From NCBI RefSeq assembly GCF_004010195.1, contig NC_057755.1:3460962-3489175 (forward strand): DNA of 28,214 bases. Reading direction: 5' to 3'. The translations under genes and the position numbers were made by a program. Below the pieces are notes generated by a model that searched no databases, was not told where the DNA came from, and worked only from the letters and a program-made list of their open reading frames with translations. This stretch comes from Chiloscyllium plagiosum. Lineage: Eukaryota. Shown here in pieces: positions 1-11,036 of this stretch (position 1 is the stretch's first letter; each line of letters starts with the position of its first letter).

Positions 1-192
1 TTCAATAAAAATCTGGATTTAAGAGTCTAATTGTCAGAAAAAGAAGTCACTAAAATCCTTTTGGGATGGTAATCTGCCATCCTTACCTGTTCTGGCTTAC
101 ATATGACTCCAGACTCAGGGCAATCTGGTTGGGCAATTAGGGAAGGATGCTAAGTGTCGGCTAAGACAGTGATACCCACATTTCTTCGATGA
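1..192 (+). mobile_element. 3' part of a common chondrichthyan tRNA-derived SINE, cut by the window edge
   Basis: Contains aatctgccatccttacctgttctggcttacatatgactccagac...gggcaattaggga...gaataaatgaaaa. Reverse-complement relatives occur at about 4225-4465, 15150-15470 and 16835-16970. Family identity is from memory of shark repeats. Confidence 0.75.
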
Positions 193-699
193 ATAAATGA
201 AAATGCAGCTTCCCAAGCACAGCCAACTTCCCAGTGCAAATGAATGATATCTTTTTAGACCATGCCCTGGGATTGGATATCTCTGCACTGAGTCCACTGT
301 CACAAATATGAACTGACTCATTTCAGGATTCATCGATTTTCAAAGATAAGGTGCCTTTCCCTTGTAGTTACCTGGAGGAAGGAACACAAACACATCGATC
401 ACTATCCAACACAGGCAACCAAGGCAAAAGGACCTGTCTCCTGGCTTTGAGACCAGCAGGAGTTGGGAAATTCATTGGACTCAACAAAGTAAAGAATGAG
501 TCCGATTATCAACTCGGGTAGCTGATGCCCAGAATTCAGCAGAACTTCAGCACCAAGTATCCAGCCTTTCACCTTAAACATTTCTTCCACTGTCAGTTTT
601 ATGGGACATTCCCTTGAACACAATCCACTGCCTGCGTTCACAGATAACCTCTTGAAGATTTGGGAATTGTAATTATTTTTAAATGTGCACATGGTATGT

Positions 700-1860
700 G
701 AGATTTATTGGTTAGGGCAGTGATCAATATCCTTTCATGTGTACACTTTATTGTGCCTTTATGAACATCTGCATCCTCTGTGGTACAGGAAATCCCACAC
801 TCTTTTTGTGGGAGATTTGCAGAACTTTCTCCCAGCAAGAGTGATGGAATGGCAATGCATTTGACAGTTAGAATGATATCTAGCTTGAAAAGGAACTTCC
901 GTGTGATGTTCTTTTCTATGCTTCTGCAGCCCTTTTGCATCTCGCGGCTGGAGGCCATGGGTTTGCAAGGAGCTGCAGAGACAGACTTGGACTGTGACTA
1001 TTTCCATCCTGTGGAAGGTATCTTTTGCTCATCTCGCATGTTATTGGTGAAGGGAATGAGTACTCATTGTGGTGATGTGCAATATCAATCAAGCTGCTGG
1101 TTGTCCTGCACAAAGTGGAGCCTTGTGAGTCTTTGTACTCAGTGTTGCATTTGAGCTGCACTCAGTTAGATACATGAGGAGAATTCCAACCCACCCATGA
1201 TCTATGCTATCTACATGATGCACTGGCAGGCAGAGTATTCAGTGATGAGAGTGTTTGGTGTATGCCTGTGGCCACAGTACTTGCATGCTTGGACGAGCTC
1301 GTTCTCTTGACAAGGGTTGACCCAGGCTGTTGATAGTCTTGCATTCAGTGATAGCAATGGGAAGGTAAGCCAATCGAAAATTGGTAGATTCTCACCTTTT
1401 GAAATGTTCATTGCCTGCTGCTTGTGGGAGGCGAATGATACTTGTCAATTACCAGTCCAAGCAAGACGTTGTACATGGACACAGACCTCTTTATTGCCTC
1501 CTGATAAATACATGGTGATGAATATTATACTACCTTAAGAAATCATCTCTAATTTGGAAATTACAATATATGAATGGGCATTCATGAAGCATCCCTCTTT
1601 ATGGGCATTTAAACGGGCATTGGATAGGCATATGGAGGATAGTTGGCTAGTGTAGGTTAGGTGTGCTTGGATCGGTGCAACATCGAGTGCCAAAGGGCCT
1701 GTACTGCGCTGTATTTTTCTATGTTTTATGTTCTATGTTCATCTAAAGAATTGGGGCTGAGCATATAACCCTAAAGAATTCCTGCAGAGATATGAGACAA
1801 CTGAGATGGCTGACGTCCAGCAGCCATAAACATGCTCATCTGTCGCCAGGATGAAAACGA
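700..1860 (-). mobile_element. Degenerate 3' half of a CR1/L2-clade LINE (RT C-terminus and 3' end), interrupted by a CR1 tail at about 1592-1740
   Basis: Collinear similarity to 9785-10275, e.g. ttagaatgatatctagcttgaaaaggaacttcc vs tcaggatggtgaatggcttggaggagaacttgc. A decayed GVPQGSVLGP-type RT motif lies on the minus strand near 1755-1790. No long ORF. Confidence 0.7.
1592..1740 (+). mobile_element. 5'-truncated CR1 LINE 3' end nested in an older LINE
   Basis: Reads gcatttaaacgggcattggataggcatatg (AFKRALDRHM), then gccaaagggcctgtactgcgctgta, then the (TTCTATG)n-type tandem tail typical of CR1. Confidence 0.8.
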
Positions 1861-1933
1861 ACAGAGCTGTCATCTGGTTGACACCAGTTTTTTGAGGACT
1901 TATTGTTGGAAACATAACACATCTATCCGGAAT

Positions 1934-1975
1934 TTTATTGAAATAATATTGATACTCTTACATTCTCACTTTATT
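1934..1975 (-). promoter_or_regulatory. Two candidate polyadenylation signals (AATAAA) on the minus strand
   Basis: tttatt occurs at 1934-1939 and 1970-1975, with a GT-rich tract downstream on the minus strand (gtgttatgttt, about 1910-1920). The context is AT-rich, so chance occurrence is possible. Confidence 0.3.
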
Positions 1976-4224
1976 AAATACATCACATCTGCTTATCTCT
2001 AATAGGACATTTCACTTTGCAAACTTAAAACCAAACATTTACAACCAACTTGAAAGGTTTTCCCATTTGCAATCCAGTGTACACTTACAAACTACATTAA
2101 CAGCTCAGTCAGTGGACAGAATAGAAATAAGGAATGTAATATAAAAGAAGCACCACATGTTTCATACTGTCATGGTCTCAGTTACCACTACGAACAGATA
2201 TTCCATTTATATTCAGTTCCCCACAAGCAGGTCAATTCTCGAGACAGAGATACTGTTCCTTGCACAAGGCCACTGGGGTAAGTTGTTCCTCTGCAGTTAG
2301 CAACTTCACTTCGTGTAATTTAACGTGTAGAGATGTTCCCAATAACACATGAACACTGAGGTTCGTTGTTCCCCTTTGGTAGGAACTCATATTTAGTCAG
2401 ATTCTAATTGAAAGATGCTTACTGAATCACATTATCACTGGAATTGGTGGATCCTTTCACACGATTGGCCCACATACAGGATAATTCTATAGTGAATGGA
2501 ACTCCCAGTAAGCCTTCCAATTGAACTTACAGGTATTCTCCTGCTAGTGCTACACACTTACTGTAATGCTTTTCAGATACCAGCAGACAAGCAGGAATAC
2601 TGGGTTAGCAGTTCTATTGGAGCAGTCACCCGCACTCAGTAGAACTCTGGAATGATACGTCTCCCAGAAGCATGAGACCACAGCAATCAGAGGATCCAGC
2701 CTGCAATTCATGTCCAATTCCACAATCAGTAGTGCCTCCACTCATGATTGTGATTCCTGGAGATCTGAATCAAAAGTACAGACGTTCCAATCGATAACTG
2801 CATAATGCAGAGTGCCTTTGACCTACAGATTAAGATCTTTCATTTTTCTGAGTTGATGAATTTCAACATAGAGTTAATTTGGAAATGTCAAATGCGTACA
2901 TTGACAGCATACATCAGCAACTCGTTCTGTCCAATTCCAGTGCTCAGTAAATCTGGGGTTAAATGCATTCATTATGCACAGTACTGGGTTAGCAATCAGG
3001 CAGCACCCTACATCAGGGAGTAGACCATCTGGAGAAGTAAAGACTGAACATCGATAGAACAGTAAATAAAATTCTCCAAGAGAGGTCATCACAGAATGTA
3101 GTGCTGAGAACATTGAGTCTTCTGTTTTGTATTAACCTCTGTAGGTATGGCAGTAACACATCCTCTCTGAATCTTACAAAGTCTTATTGGATACCAAATG
3201 AAATTCCTTTGATACCTTTCCACCGAACATTCCAGCAATGATATTTTCCATCAAGTAAACCATTTTGACTGAAACAAATGGAACGCTATGTAGCAAAGAG
3301 TTTATCCACCCTGTATCTCTCTTGATGTAAAACACTGAGCCAGATATGGCCACAGTCAGCTGTGTTGATTCACCAGCCCTGATGTTTGCAATGTACTGAG
3401 TGAATATTCAACTGGGTGTTATTGTTCCTGCAATAAGTTGTAAACTTCTAATGGCTAGTTGGTAATAACAAGTTCCTTTAATACTCTCTTAAACCCACCC
3501 TCAACAAACCTTCCACTCCTCAATGGCCACAAAAGACTTTGGGTTTACTGATCATCTAAATGTAACCTCTAATAAACCACCTTGCCTTGATACCGTGGTT
3601 CAATTAACACGAAAAATGTCATCCAAGCAGAAGAAGCTGAAAATATTGGACTGTCCTGTATGGGGTCAGTTCCTTGGTGGCCATCCTCAGCCTGCACAGG
3701 TTCTAGTCATGAACAACTTCCCACGAAATGAACACAGATCAGCATTCATTCCCACTCACCTCCGCTTTCCAATCATCTGGGGTGCAAGGAAGATGTGACA
3801 ACATTTCTAAAGGGCAGATTGACAATAATTGACCAGTGAGATCATGAACTGCATTGATGTTTCTATAGTAACTCACATTATAACTTTTGGAATTTATGTA
3901 TCGATATAAATCTGCCTCTGTGGTCGAAATCACTGATTGGACAGACATCTCGTGTAACAATCAGCGCAATGATGCTCCACACCATGAGGCAAAGAGCATC
4001 ATGAAAATCAGAGGTGACAGATGATTCATTTCCTTTTTGAAAAGCGTTGCTGATGGACTATGAATCAACTGACGACCCTGACATAGTTTCCAACTCACCA
4101 ACTCCCAAAATGCTGAACATCAGTTCATATGGAGGTCACAACAGCCGAGCAGACTTTGACTCAGTCTGGTTAGATGTTCGTTATCATGCTTGGAACCTGG
4201 CCAGATCAGCTAATTGTTGGCAAC

Positions 4225-4465
4225 TTCCTTTCCTAAATGACCTTAGTGCCCAAATGGGATTCTTTGACCAGCAAGATGTATTTATCGAGAGTCTCTTAAT
4301 TACAGATACATGTTGAATTTAAATTCCACCTACTCCAATGGGGGTGTGGGGGTGTGGGGTGGGGGGAGGTGGGGGCGGGGGTAGGGTGTTTTGAACTCGG
4401 GCCCCAGAATATTATCTTGGTCTCTGCCTTAATAATCTAATGATAATGTGACTACGCCATCATAT
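4225..4465 (-). mobile_element. Degenerate tRNA-derived SINE (same family as 1-192) with an internal G-rich run
   Basis: ctcttaattacagat...ttgaatttaaattccacc...ttttgaactcgggccccagaatatta. The first part is the reverse complement of ttcaataaaaatctggatttaagag at 1-25. B-box-like GAGTTCAAAAC on the minus strand. Confidence 0.6.
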
Positions 4466-5430
4466 TGCAGCTCATGTGTATTACTATGGCATCATAGTAA
4501 ATCAGTCTAAAAATATAAACAGGCTTTTCCTCACTGAAATGTCAGGACCAAGAAAACAACCTATTATTATTATTAATAACAATATTAACGTATCCAAAAT
4601 GATGACCAAAGACGAAGCACCAATCCCAAATGAATGCACATGGGAGTACCTTCCCATAGACCATTATTGTTTGGGGAACATCAAAGGATAATAACAACCA
4701 AAGGCAAGGTGGGAAACATCCAGTTGGACAAAATTGTTTGTTGTCTGTGGGAGAGCTGGTAACCACAACACTCCAGGTTTGAGCATTTGTCCGATTCGAA
4801 TCTGCAGCACAGTACTGTGCATCTTTTTTCACCATTGGCACAGATCACACGTCTTTTTGACAATCAAATAATTCAACAACATACATCACACTTGCAACTC
4901 TGTGCTCAACACGTTTCTGTTGACTCTCACTTATCCCTCCACAACGACCTGCTCAATCCACTCCTTGCCCATGTTGTATCTGGGCTCCCAGTTGGAGCAA
5001 GCTGCCTGAGTCAGATCCACCAAAACAAATCTTAACACCAAGACCTGGGAAAATCCTGATGTCATTGAGAGGTGGATTGTTACAAAACTTATCTGACCCA
5101 TCACAGGCTTTTACCTACCACAGAGACAGAAAGTGATAGTTCTAAACGTTTTGTGGGACAAGCCAGAGCCGGTGATCAGCCAAAAAATAATCCATTCATC
5201 GTCACTGCAAAACCGTTCTGCCAAGAATTGATAAACAGACAATGCTACACAATACTGAGTAGACTCATAATTGTCAAACTGTTCTCTTTTAACTCAGTAA
5301 GTGAGGGCACTGTCGCCTGGCATTGGAATTTGCCTTGCTAAATGAAACGAACATTATTAATAGTTATAAAGTTAAAATAAGTATGATTTAATTCAGATAT
5401 GTATATAACATAGCGTTTTAAAAGGCTTAC

Positions 5431-5497
5431 CAGGAATACCAACACTGGCAAGGACAGTGTCGTACAGTTTTTCCACCGTTTGCCTTGGAAGATGCAT
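5431..5497 (-). CDS. First coding exon of a shark GPR139-like (rhodopsin-class) GPCR: MHLPRQTVEKLYDTVLASVGIP plus a phase-1 donor
   Basis: ATG at 5497 with A at -3, then 22 open codons plus 1 nt, then a strong donor CTG|GTAAGC at 5431/5430. The peptide resembles the recalled family N-terminus and TM1 start (M..VEKIYY.ILA.IGVP). No matching second exon was recognised downstream on the minus strand within the window. Confidence 0.7.
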
Positions 5498-5599
5498 TTT
5501 GCTGTTTACGAAACAGCCCCTACCTTCCTGCTGCTTTCAACCTGTCCGAGTTGGAGAATTCTCTCTTAATTGGAGGTAACCTTTTTCGACAGCCTTATG

Positions 5600-5606
5600 T
5601 TTTATG
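5600..5606 (-). promoter_or_regulatory. TATA-like element (CATAAAA) about 100 nt upstream of the GPR139-like ATG
   Basis: ttttatg at 5600-5606 reads CATAAAA on the minus strand. The position is plausible for a short 5' UTR. Motif evidence only. Confidence 0.25.
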
Positions 5607-6132
5607 ATGTGACATCTCCAGTGGGAAACTTTGAAGACACCTTTAATTTGTTTATGAGCAAACAAATTACGACTACAGCTTTATTTTAATGATGTGATCT
5701 CATTGAGATTTATGTCTGAAGTTGAGTACCCCAAAGACTGGATAAATCTGATGCCGTCACGTCTGAATGTCATTTCCAACCTGTCTTCAAGCAGCAACAT
5801 GATTTCACTCATTATCAGTCCCACCAATATCAAGCGATTTGTTGATACTGTTTTCAGTGATGATCTTCAATTTGCTGACGCTATTCAGACTTCCAATACC
5901 TCATGTTGTCGAGCTCCTTGTGACCTGTTTTATTGCACACTGTTGCTCTTATTAATACAGTTTTACAACTCCTTTGTTAAATTTCATCTGTGTCTGAGCA
6001 CTCCAAGAGAGAACCTGAAGCTAATGGCGATCACAACAACAACTGACACTTACACTAACATACGTTTTCTCCATACAAACGCAAAACAAACTTGAAACTA
6101 ATTCAGAAACTTAACTTTCGGATTCTACTACG

Positions 6133-7020
6133 ACAGAATCTCATGGAACAGAAGAGTCCCTTCGGCTCATCGCCAAATTTACAGGAAATCTGCACCAGTC
6201 CCATTCACCAGCATTGGGCCCATAGCCTTTAATGTTATGACATTTCAAGTCCTCATTCAAGTACTTTTCAAGTTTGTAAGGTCACCGACATCCCACACAG
6301 AAACGTGCAGCCCCCCTCCATGATATCTTTGGGAACTATTTTCCTCATTTGCCCTTTAACTGTCTAGCCTTTCAGCTTAAAATTATGTCTCGTTGTTATT
6401 GGCCCTGTGACTAACGGGACCAACTGTTTCCTATTCACCCTGTCCAGAATCTCGTCGTCCTACATACTTAGACCCAAGTTCTAAAGAGAGTGGCCTGAGC
6501 TTATCAAGCCTCGTTCTTCATGGGTAAAGTACGTCACACGTCGCAACAATCTGGGGCAGCTCCTTTGCTCTCCCTCCAAGGCAATCACATCCTTCCTACG
6601 GTGCGGTGACCAGAACTGCACTAAATTTGACCTTACTAATGTTCGGCAGACCTTCCGCAGGATCTTCTTGCTCATATAACCTATGCCTCGATGATAACGA
6701 CATGTGTCCTGCCTGCCTCCTTAACTAACCTATTAACCTCTCATGCTGCGTTCAGGGATCCACTGACAATCACCTCAAGATCTTTCTATTCTTCTGGCCT
6801 TCTGAGTGTCCAAGCATTCACTGAGTACTCGCTTGTCTTATGACTTCTACTAAAGTGCATCACCTCACTTTTATCAGAGTTAAATTTCACCGGCCACTGA
6901 CTTGCCCATCTGACCAATCTTTCTCTAACTAACTAACTAGAGACTACTTTCCTCACTGGCAAACCTACTCAGTCAATATTTGTATCATCTGCAAATCTAC
7001 ATAACATCCTCTACATCGAC
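6133..7020 (-). mobile_element. Degenerate CR1 LINE 3' portion
   Basis: ORF 6481-6675 gives RTLVRSNLVQFWSPHRRKDVIALEGEQR, matching the CR1 ORF2 C-terminal motif. A FADDT motif lies at about 6980-6996 (tgtatcatctgcaaa), and the CR1 tail is near 6135-6170. Confidence 0.85.
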
Positions 7021-7199
7021 TCTGCACGTTCCCCAACCTACATATTGCTTGTGGAAATAGGTTTGTTGTGGTGGAGGTGCAAAGTCACGAGAACGAAAGT
7101 TAGGGGGATGGGAAACTGGGTGCCACTGTCAGGCGGGGGTGGGGGGTGGGGGGAGTGAAAAGTCAGGGGGCGCAATTGACCAGAGCTCTGTTTTAAATT

Positions 7200-7350
7200 A
7201 TCAGTGCAGCGTTGCAATAATGAGATTGCTTTTCCTACGTATCCTCCTCCAATGTCTGATAAGAACTGCACACACACAGTATTTCTCATCCTGTTGACTG
7301 CCACAGCATGTAAAATTGCTACTTTTATTTTCTGAATTTGCAAATTGTTT
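7200..7350 (-). mobile_element. Highly decayed CR1 fragment
   Basis: Minus-strand tactgtgtgtgtgcagttcttatcagacattggaggaggatacgt resembles the CR1 segment coding YCVQFWSPHYRKDV. Confidence 0.45.
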
Positions 7351-7499
7351 ATTTCCTATGGTAGATATTTTCGCCCCCAAACTCCCTGTATGGTCACAGT
7401 AAGACTTTCTCACTTCCTGACTTCAAACAACGGCAACACAAGAATTGTCCCCCTGATGTCTGGCTGTATGATCATGTTAACCTTCTGTGAACTGGAATT

Positions 7500-7690
7500 T
7501 TTATCCAGAAGTGGCAAATGGGCAATGAATGATGGTGATTGTCATTCTAAGAAAGCATCAACGTTTGACTGAAGCCAATCCAGGTTAGTACATACACAAT
7601 TAATGGTAGAGCCCTCGGTCAGAGAGACCAAGGGTTGCAATTACCTGGTTCCTTGAAAGTAGCGTCACAGGTCGACTGTATGGCATTCTG
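7500..7690 (+). mobile_element. CR1 ORF2 fragment
   Basis: aagtggcaaatgg...tacacaattaatggtagagccct...cagagagacc...ttccttgaaagtagcgtcacaggtcgac encodes KWQM..YTINGRAL..QRD..SLKVASQVD. Confidence 0.75.
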
Positions 7691-8360
7691 TTTTGCTGTG
7701 TCTCACACTCTCGCTGTTGTTTACATGCTTTCTATCAGTCTCACTCACCCTCTTGCTGTCTCATTGTCTCTCAACCTCTCTCTCCCTCTTCCATTCGCCG
7801 TCTCTATTGTCGTTCACTCTCTCACTATCTTTGAATCTTTCACAACCACTTGTTCTCTCTTCGTCTCTATCTTTGTATCTCTCCCCCAGACTCTCTCTCT
7901 CCGTCTCAGGCTCTCACTCACTCTCTCCTCTCTGTCAATTTACTGCTCTCCCTCTCCTTTCTTGTTCTTTCTCTTTCAGCCTCTGTCTGTCATCCTCTCT
8001 AACTCTTTCAGCCTCGCACTGCCTTTCTCATCTCTAGCTCTGTCAGTCTCTCACTGACCCTCTCATTTCTCGCCATCTCTCATAGCCTCTTGTTATCTCT
8101 GTGTCTCTCCCTCTCCCCATCTCTCTCAGCCTCTCACTGTCCTTCACCTCTCCCTTAATCTCTCGTTATGAGCCTCTTGGAGTCCCTCTCCTCTCTTTCT
8201 GTCTATCTCGGAACTTGTTTCTCTCTCTGTCTCTGTCTCTCACTGTCTCAACCTATCGCTGTCTTTCTCATCACCCCCTCTCTCAAGCTCAATGGCCTAC
8301 TTCTGCATTGTCGAATACCTATGATAAGCACACTCTATCTGTATCTCTCTCACACATAAA
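7690..8360. repeat. CT-rich low-complexity tract / decayed microsatellite
   Basis: Imperfect (CT)n and (CTGT)n runs. The S/L-rich ORFs here are artefacts. Confidence 0.9.
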
Positions 8361-8559
8361 CACAATCGTTCACCATGAATAATCTCCCTGAGCTGTGAAC
8401 ACATTGGTTGGCAGAGAGTCCCGATGGGGAGAATGGCTTACTTCTTCTCCTCCATGTTGTGACTCCAATGGTTAAACTTGGTGGGAACATAAATGCAGAA
8501 TGCAGGAGATTCTAAGGGCAAGTAAACACAAAATCATTAGTGAAGAAAATGTGTGTTTA

Positions 8560-8789
8560 TACAATCCAAAAGTAGACCATACGATTCAAGGAAATGGCAG
8601 TGCAATTAAACAACTTATTTAGTTCTACCTTTACACAAGATGATGCAAATAATAACCAGTGAACCGAAGGACACCAATGTCTATTGCGAGTTGAGAATTG
8701 AAGACAATTAACACGAGTTTACCAGAGTACTGGAGAACTTCATTCAAACTAATCCAGGAGCTGGGAGATCAGGAAAATTCATGCCGCTG

Positions 8790-8790
<1 letters not shown>
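8560..8790 (+). mobile_element. Decayed CR1 ORF2 fragment (region between endonuclease and RT)
   Basis: aaggaaatggcagtgcaattaaacaacttatttagttctacctttacacaagatgat resembles KEMAEELNxYFxSVFTxED with a frameshift. Confidence 0.55.
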
Positions 8791-8791
<1 letters not shown>

Positions 8792-8826
<35 letters not shown>

Positions 8827-8852
8827 TATGTGCGTGTGTGTGTGTGTGTGTG
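8792..8852. repeat. (TG)n microsatellite abutting the assembly gap
   Basis: Directly visible, about 30 nearly perfect units. Confidence 0.97.
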
Positions 8853-8854
8853 GG

Positions 8855-9394
8855 NNNNNNNNNNNNNNNNNNNNNNNNNNNNNNNNNNNNNNNNNNNNNN
8901 NNNNNNNNNNNNNNNNNNNNNNNNNNNNNNNNNNNNNNNNNNNNNNNNNNNNNNNNNNNNNNNNNNNNNNNNNNNNNNNNNNNNNNNNNNNNNNNNNNNN
9001 NNNNNNNNNNNNNNNNNNNNNNNNNNNNNNNNNNNNNNNNNNNNNNNNNNNNNNNNNNNNNNNNNNNNNNNNNNNNNNNNNNNNNNNNNNNNNNNNNNNN
9101 NNNNNNNNNNNNNNNNNNNNNNNNNNNNNNNNNNNNNNNNNNNNNNNNNNNNNNNNNNNNNNNNNNNNNNNNNNNNNNNNNNNNNNNNNNNNNNNNNNNN
9201 NNNNNNNNNNNNNNNNNNNNNNNNNNNNNNNNNNNNNNNNNNNNNNNNNNNNNNNNNNNNNNNNNNNNNNNNNNNNNNNNNNNNNNNNNNNNNNNNNNNN
9301 NNNNNNNNNNNNNNNNNNNNNNNNNNNNNNNNNNNNNNNNNNNNNNNNNNNNNNNNNNNNNNNNNNNNNNNNNNNNNNNNNNNNNNNNNNNNNN
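8855..9394. other. Assembly gap (540 N)
   Basis: Run of N. Confidence 1.
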
Positions 9395-9784
9395 ACTTTC
9401 TGAGGAGTACAGGCAGTCTCCCGGTTATGAATTTGTACTATTTTTCTGTACATTCACAAGTTGATTAGTGTACAAGTTGGAAAAAAATACTGGACAATAT
9501 GTATTGTTTTAGAGACAGGTTTCCACTTAATTCAATGCAACAATAGCGACTGTTTAAAGCTAAATCTAAACATGAAAAGAAAAACTTAGAAACCTTGCAA
9601 TGAGACAACTGGCCACGCCCAGTCAAGCTGCTTCTCTTGTTCCAACCGTTAAAAGAAACCAAGACCTCACAAACTGTTTGATTTATTGACTCTCCAAGTA
9701 GACAGCTCTTCACCTCTCTCTTAAATCCACCCTTCGAAAGAAAAGTGTGACAAAATGAACTCTCAAACCTACAGCATCACCACA

Positions 9785-10275
9785 ACGCACAGGGAATGCA
9801 TTCCAAGATTGTGACCCAATGGTGCTGAAGCAACTCTGATATTATTCCAAGTCAGGATGGTGAATGGCTTGGAGGAGAACTTGCAAGGGGTGGCGTTTTC
9901 ATGTATCTGCTATCTTTGTGCTTCGAGATGGTTGTGTTCTTGAGTACAGAGGTGCGTTCTAAAGAATCTTTGTTGAATTTCTGCAATGCATCTTGTAGAC
10001 AGCACGCGTCTTGTGACTGAGCCTCGGTGGTGGAGGGAGTGGATGCTTGTGGATGTGATGTCAGGCAAAAGGGTGATGCATTGATCTGATTAGTGTCTAG
10101 CCGTTGAGTGTTGTTGGATCTTCACTGATCCAGGCACATGGGAGTATTCCATCACACTCCTGATTTGTGCTTTGTAGATGGTGGAAAGGCTTATTATGGT
10201 TGGGTGCTGGGGTTGGGAATATGTATTCAGGAGTTGGGTTTCTCAGTGCAGGACTTCTAATCTCTGACCTGATCT
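9785..10275 (-). mobile_element. CR1/L2-clade LINE 3' fragment, same family as 700-1860
   Basis: ttccaagtcaggatggtgaatggcttggaggagaacttgca...gcctcggtggtggagggagt...gggagtattccatcacactcctga. Collinear with 780-1250. Confidence 0.75.
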
Positions 10276-10589
10276 TATTTCTCCAGACCTCAAACACTTC
10301 TAATTTTCAGGCTTGGATTTCACCACCCCAACTGTGAGATTCAAGATTGAAGGCTGGATCCGATTACTCTGAGAAGCCAAACTGTGACAAATTTAGGTAT
10401 GTCCAATGATGCCACCATTCTTGGAAGGGATCCGAAACCTGGTGGTTTACAACTTCACCTAAAGACTGGAGCAATTCCTCTGGAGCTTCAGATCTCGCCT
10501 ATTAATAATGCCCCAATCTCCATCTTGCTTCTAATTCCACCTTGTCAAATAGTTAAATGAATGGGAAGGAGATATAATCAGAGGTTGCG

Positions 10590-10760
10590 TGCGACGACCC
10601 TCTGCACAAGATATATGATGTGTGTTTTGGCTATGTTCAAAGTCAAGCCATGGATGGGGAAAGGCGATTAGTTCAGGACAAGTTGTTGTGCATGGATCGA
10701 GGAGGAGAACTGAGAAAATCAATTAATCACAAATAGATATCTCGAGGTGAGTTATGGGTT
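10590..10760 (+). mobile_element. Very decayed CR1 RT fragment
   Basis: The plus frame DVCFGYVQSQAMDGERRLVQDKLLCMDRGGELRKSI loosely matches CR1 DVVYMDFSKAFDKVPHGRLVQKV..HGIQGEL..WI. Confidence 0.35.
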
Positions 10761-11036
10761 CTGGTGGGGACACTTAATCCTGAGAAACTGTTCACTGAAG
10801 AGACGTGCAAATTATGAAGTTATTCAAATTCGCAACTCCTCCCTGAGTCGTTATCCCAATCCTTGTTCTGATTCTATGAAAAGGTGGTTCGCTTGGAACC
10901 ACGTTGGATCAGGTTGAACTTTTCCAATCTCTTATCAACTCCCCAACCGACCTACTGAGTCCACCTCCTCCTTTTTGAGAAGGATGGTAATTTGATCAGT
11001 AAATTTGCAGGGTCTTGTCCTTTCTCCATCTTGCAG

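Noticed and set aside
2960..3095. SECIS-like ATGA-N12-AA pattern, and a miR-101-like word (cagtactgtgcataatgaa) on the minus strand
   Set aside because: The SECIS apical region is too long and lacks a correctly placed 3' GA. The miR-101 match lacks the intact seed and needs two indels.
3010..3430. Stop-interrupted minus-strand frames with a vague PRY/SPRY flavour (ICFSQNGLLDGKYHCWNVRW)
   Set aside because: Key residues and spacing do not hold, and it is not distinguishable from chance without an HMM search.
4339..4387. G-quadruplex-like G runs (also at about 7132-7153 and 25548-25563)
   Set aside because: Simple G-rich expansions inside or beside repeats, with no functional context visible.
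4590..4860. Possible minus-strand GPR139-like exon 2 (KCSNLECCGYQL...GTPMC spacing)
   Set aside because: Only a few cysteine positions match, there is no suitable acceptor, and I see no nucleotide similarity to 11037-11300.
7220..7400. Plus-strand leader-peptide-like MRLLFLRILLQCLIRTAHT with a downstream mini-exon (Ig/TCR-like layout)
   Set aside because: It is better explained as the antisense of a decayed CR1 YCVQFWSPHYRKD segment. The donor is weak and no V exon or RSS follows.
7635..8382. Hydrophobic S/L-rich ORFs
   Set aside because: Translations of CT-rich low-complexity DNA.
8779..9468. Long ORFs of 200+ aa here, and 140-160 aa at 17260-17756
   Set aside because: Artefacts of N runs and (TG)n.
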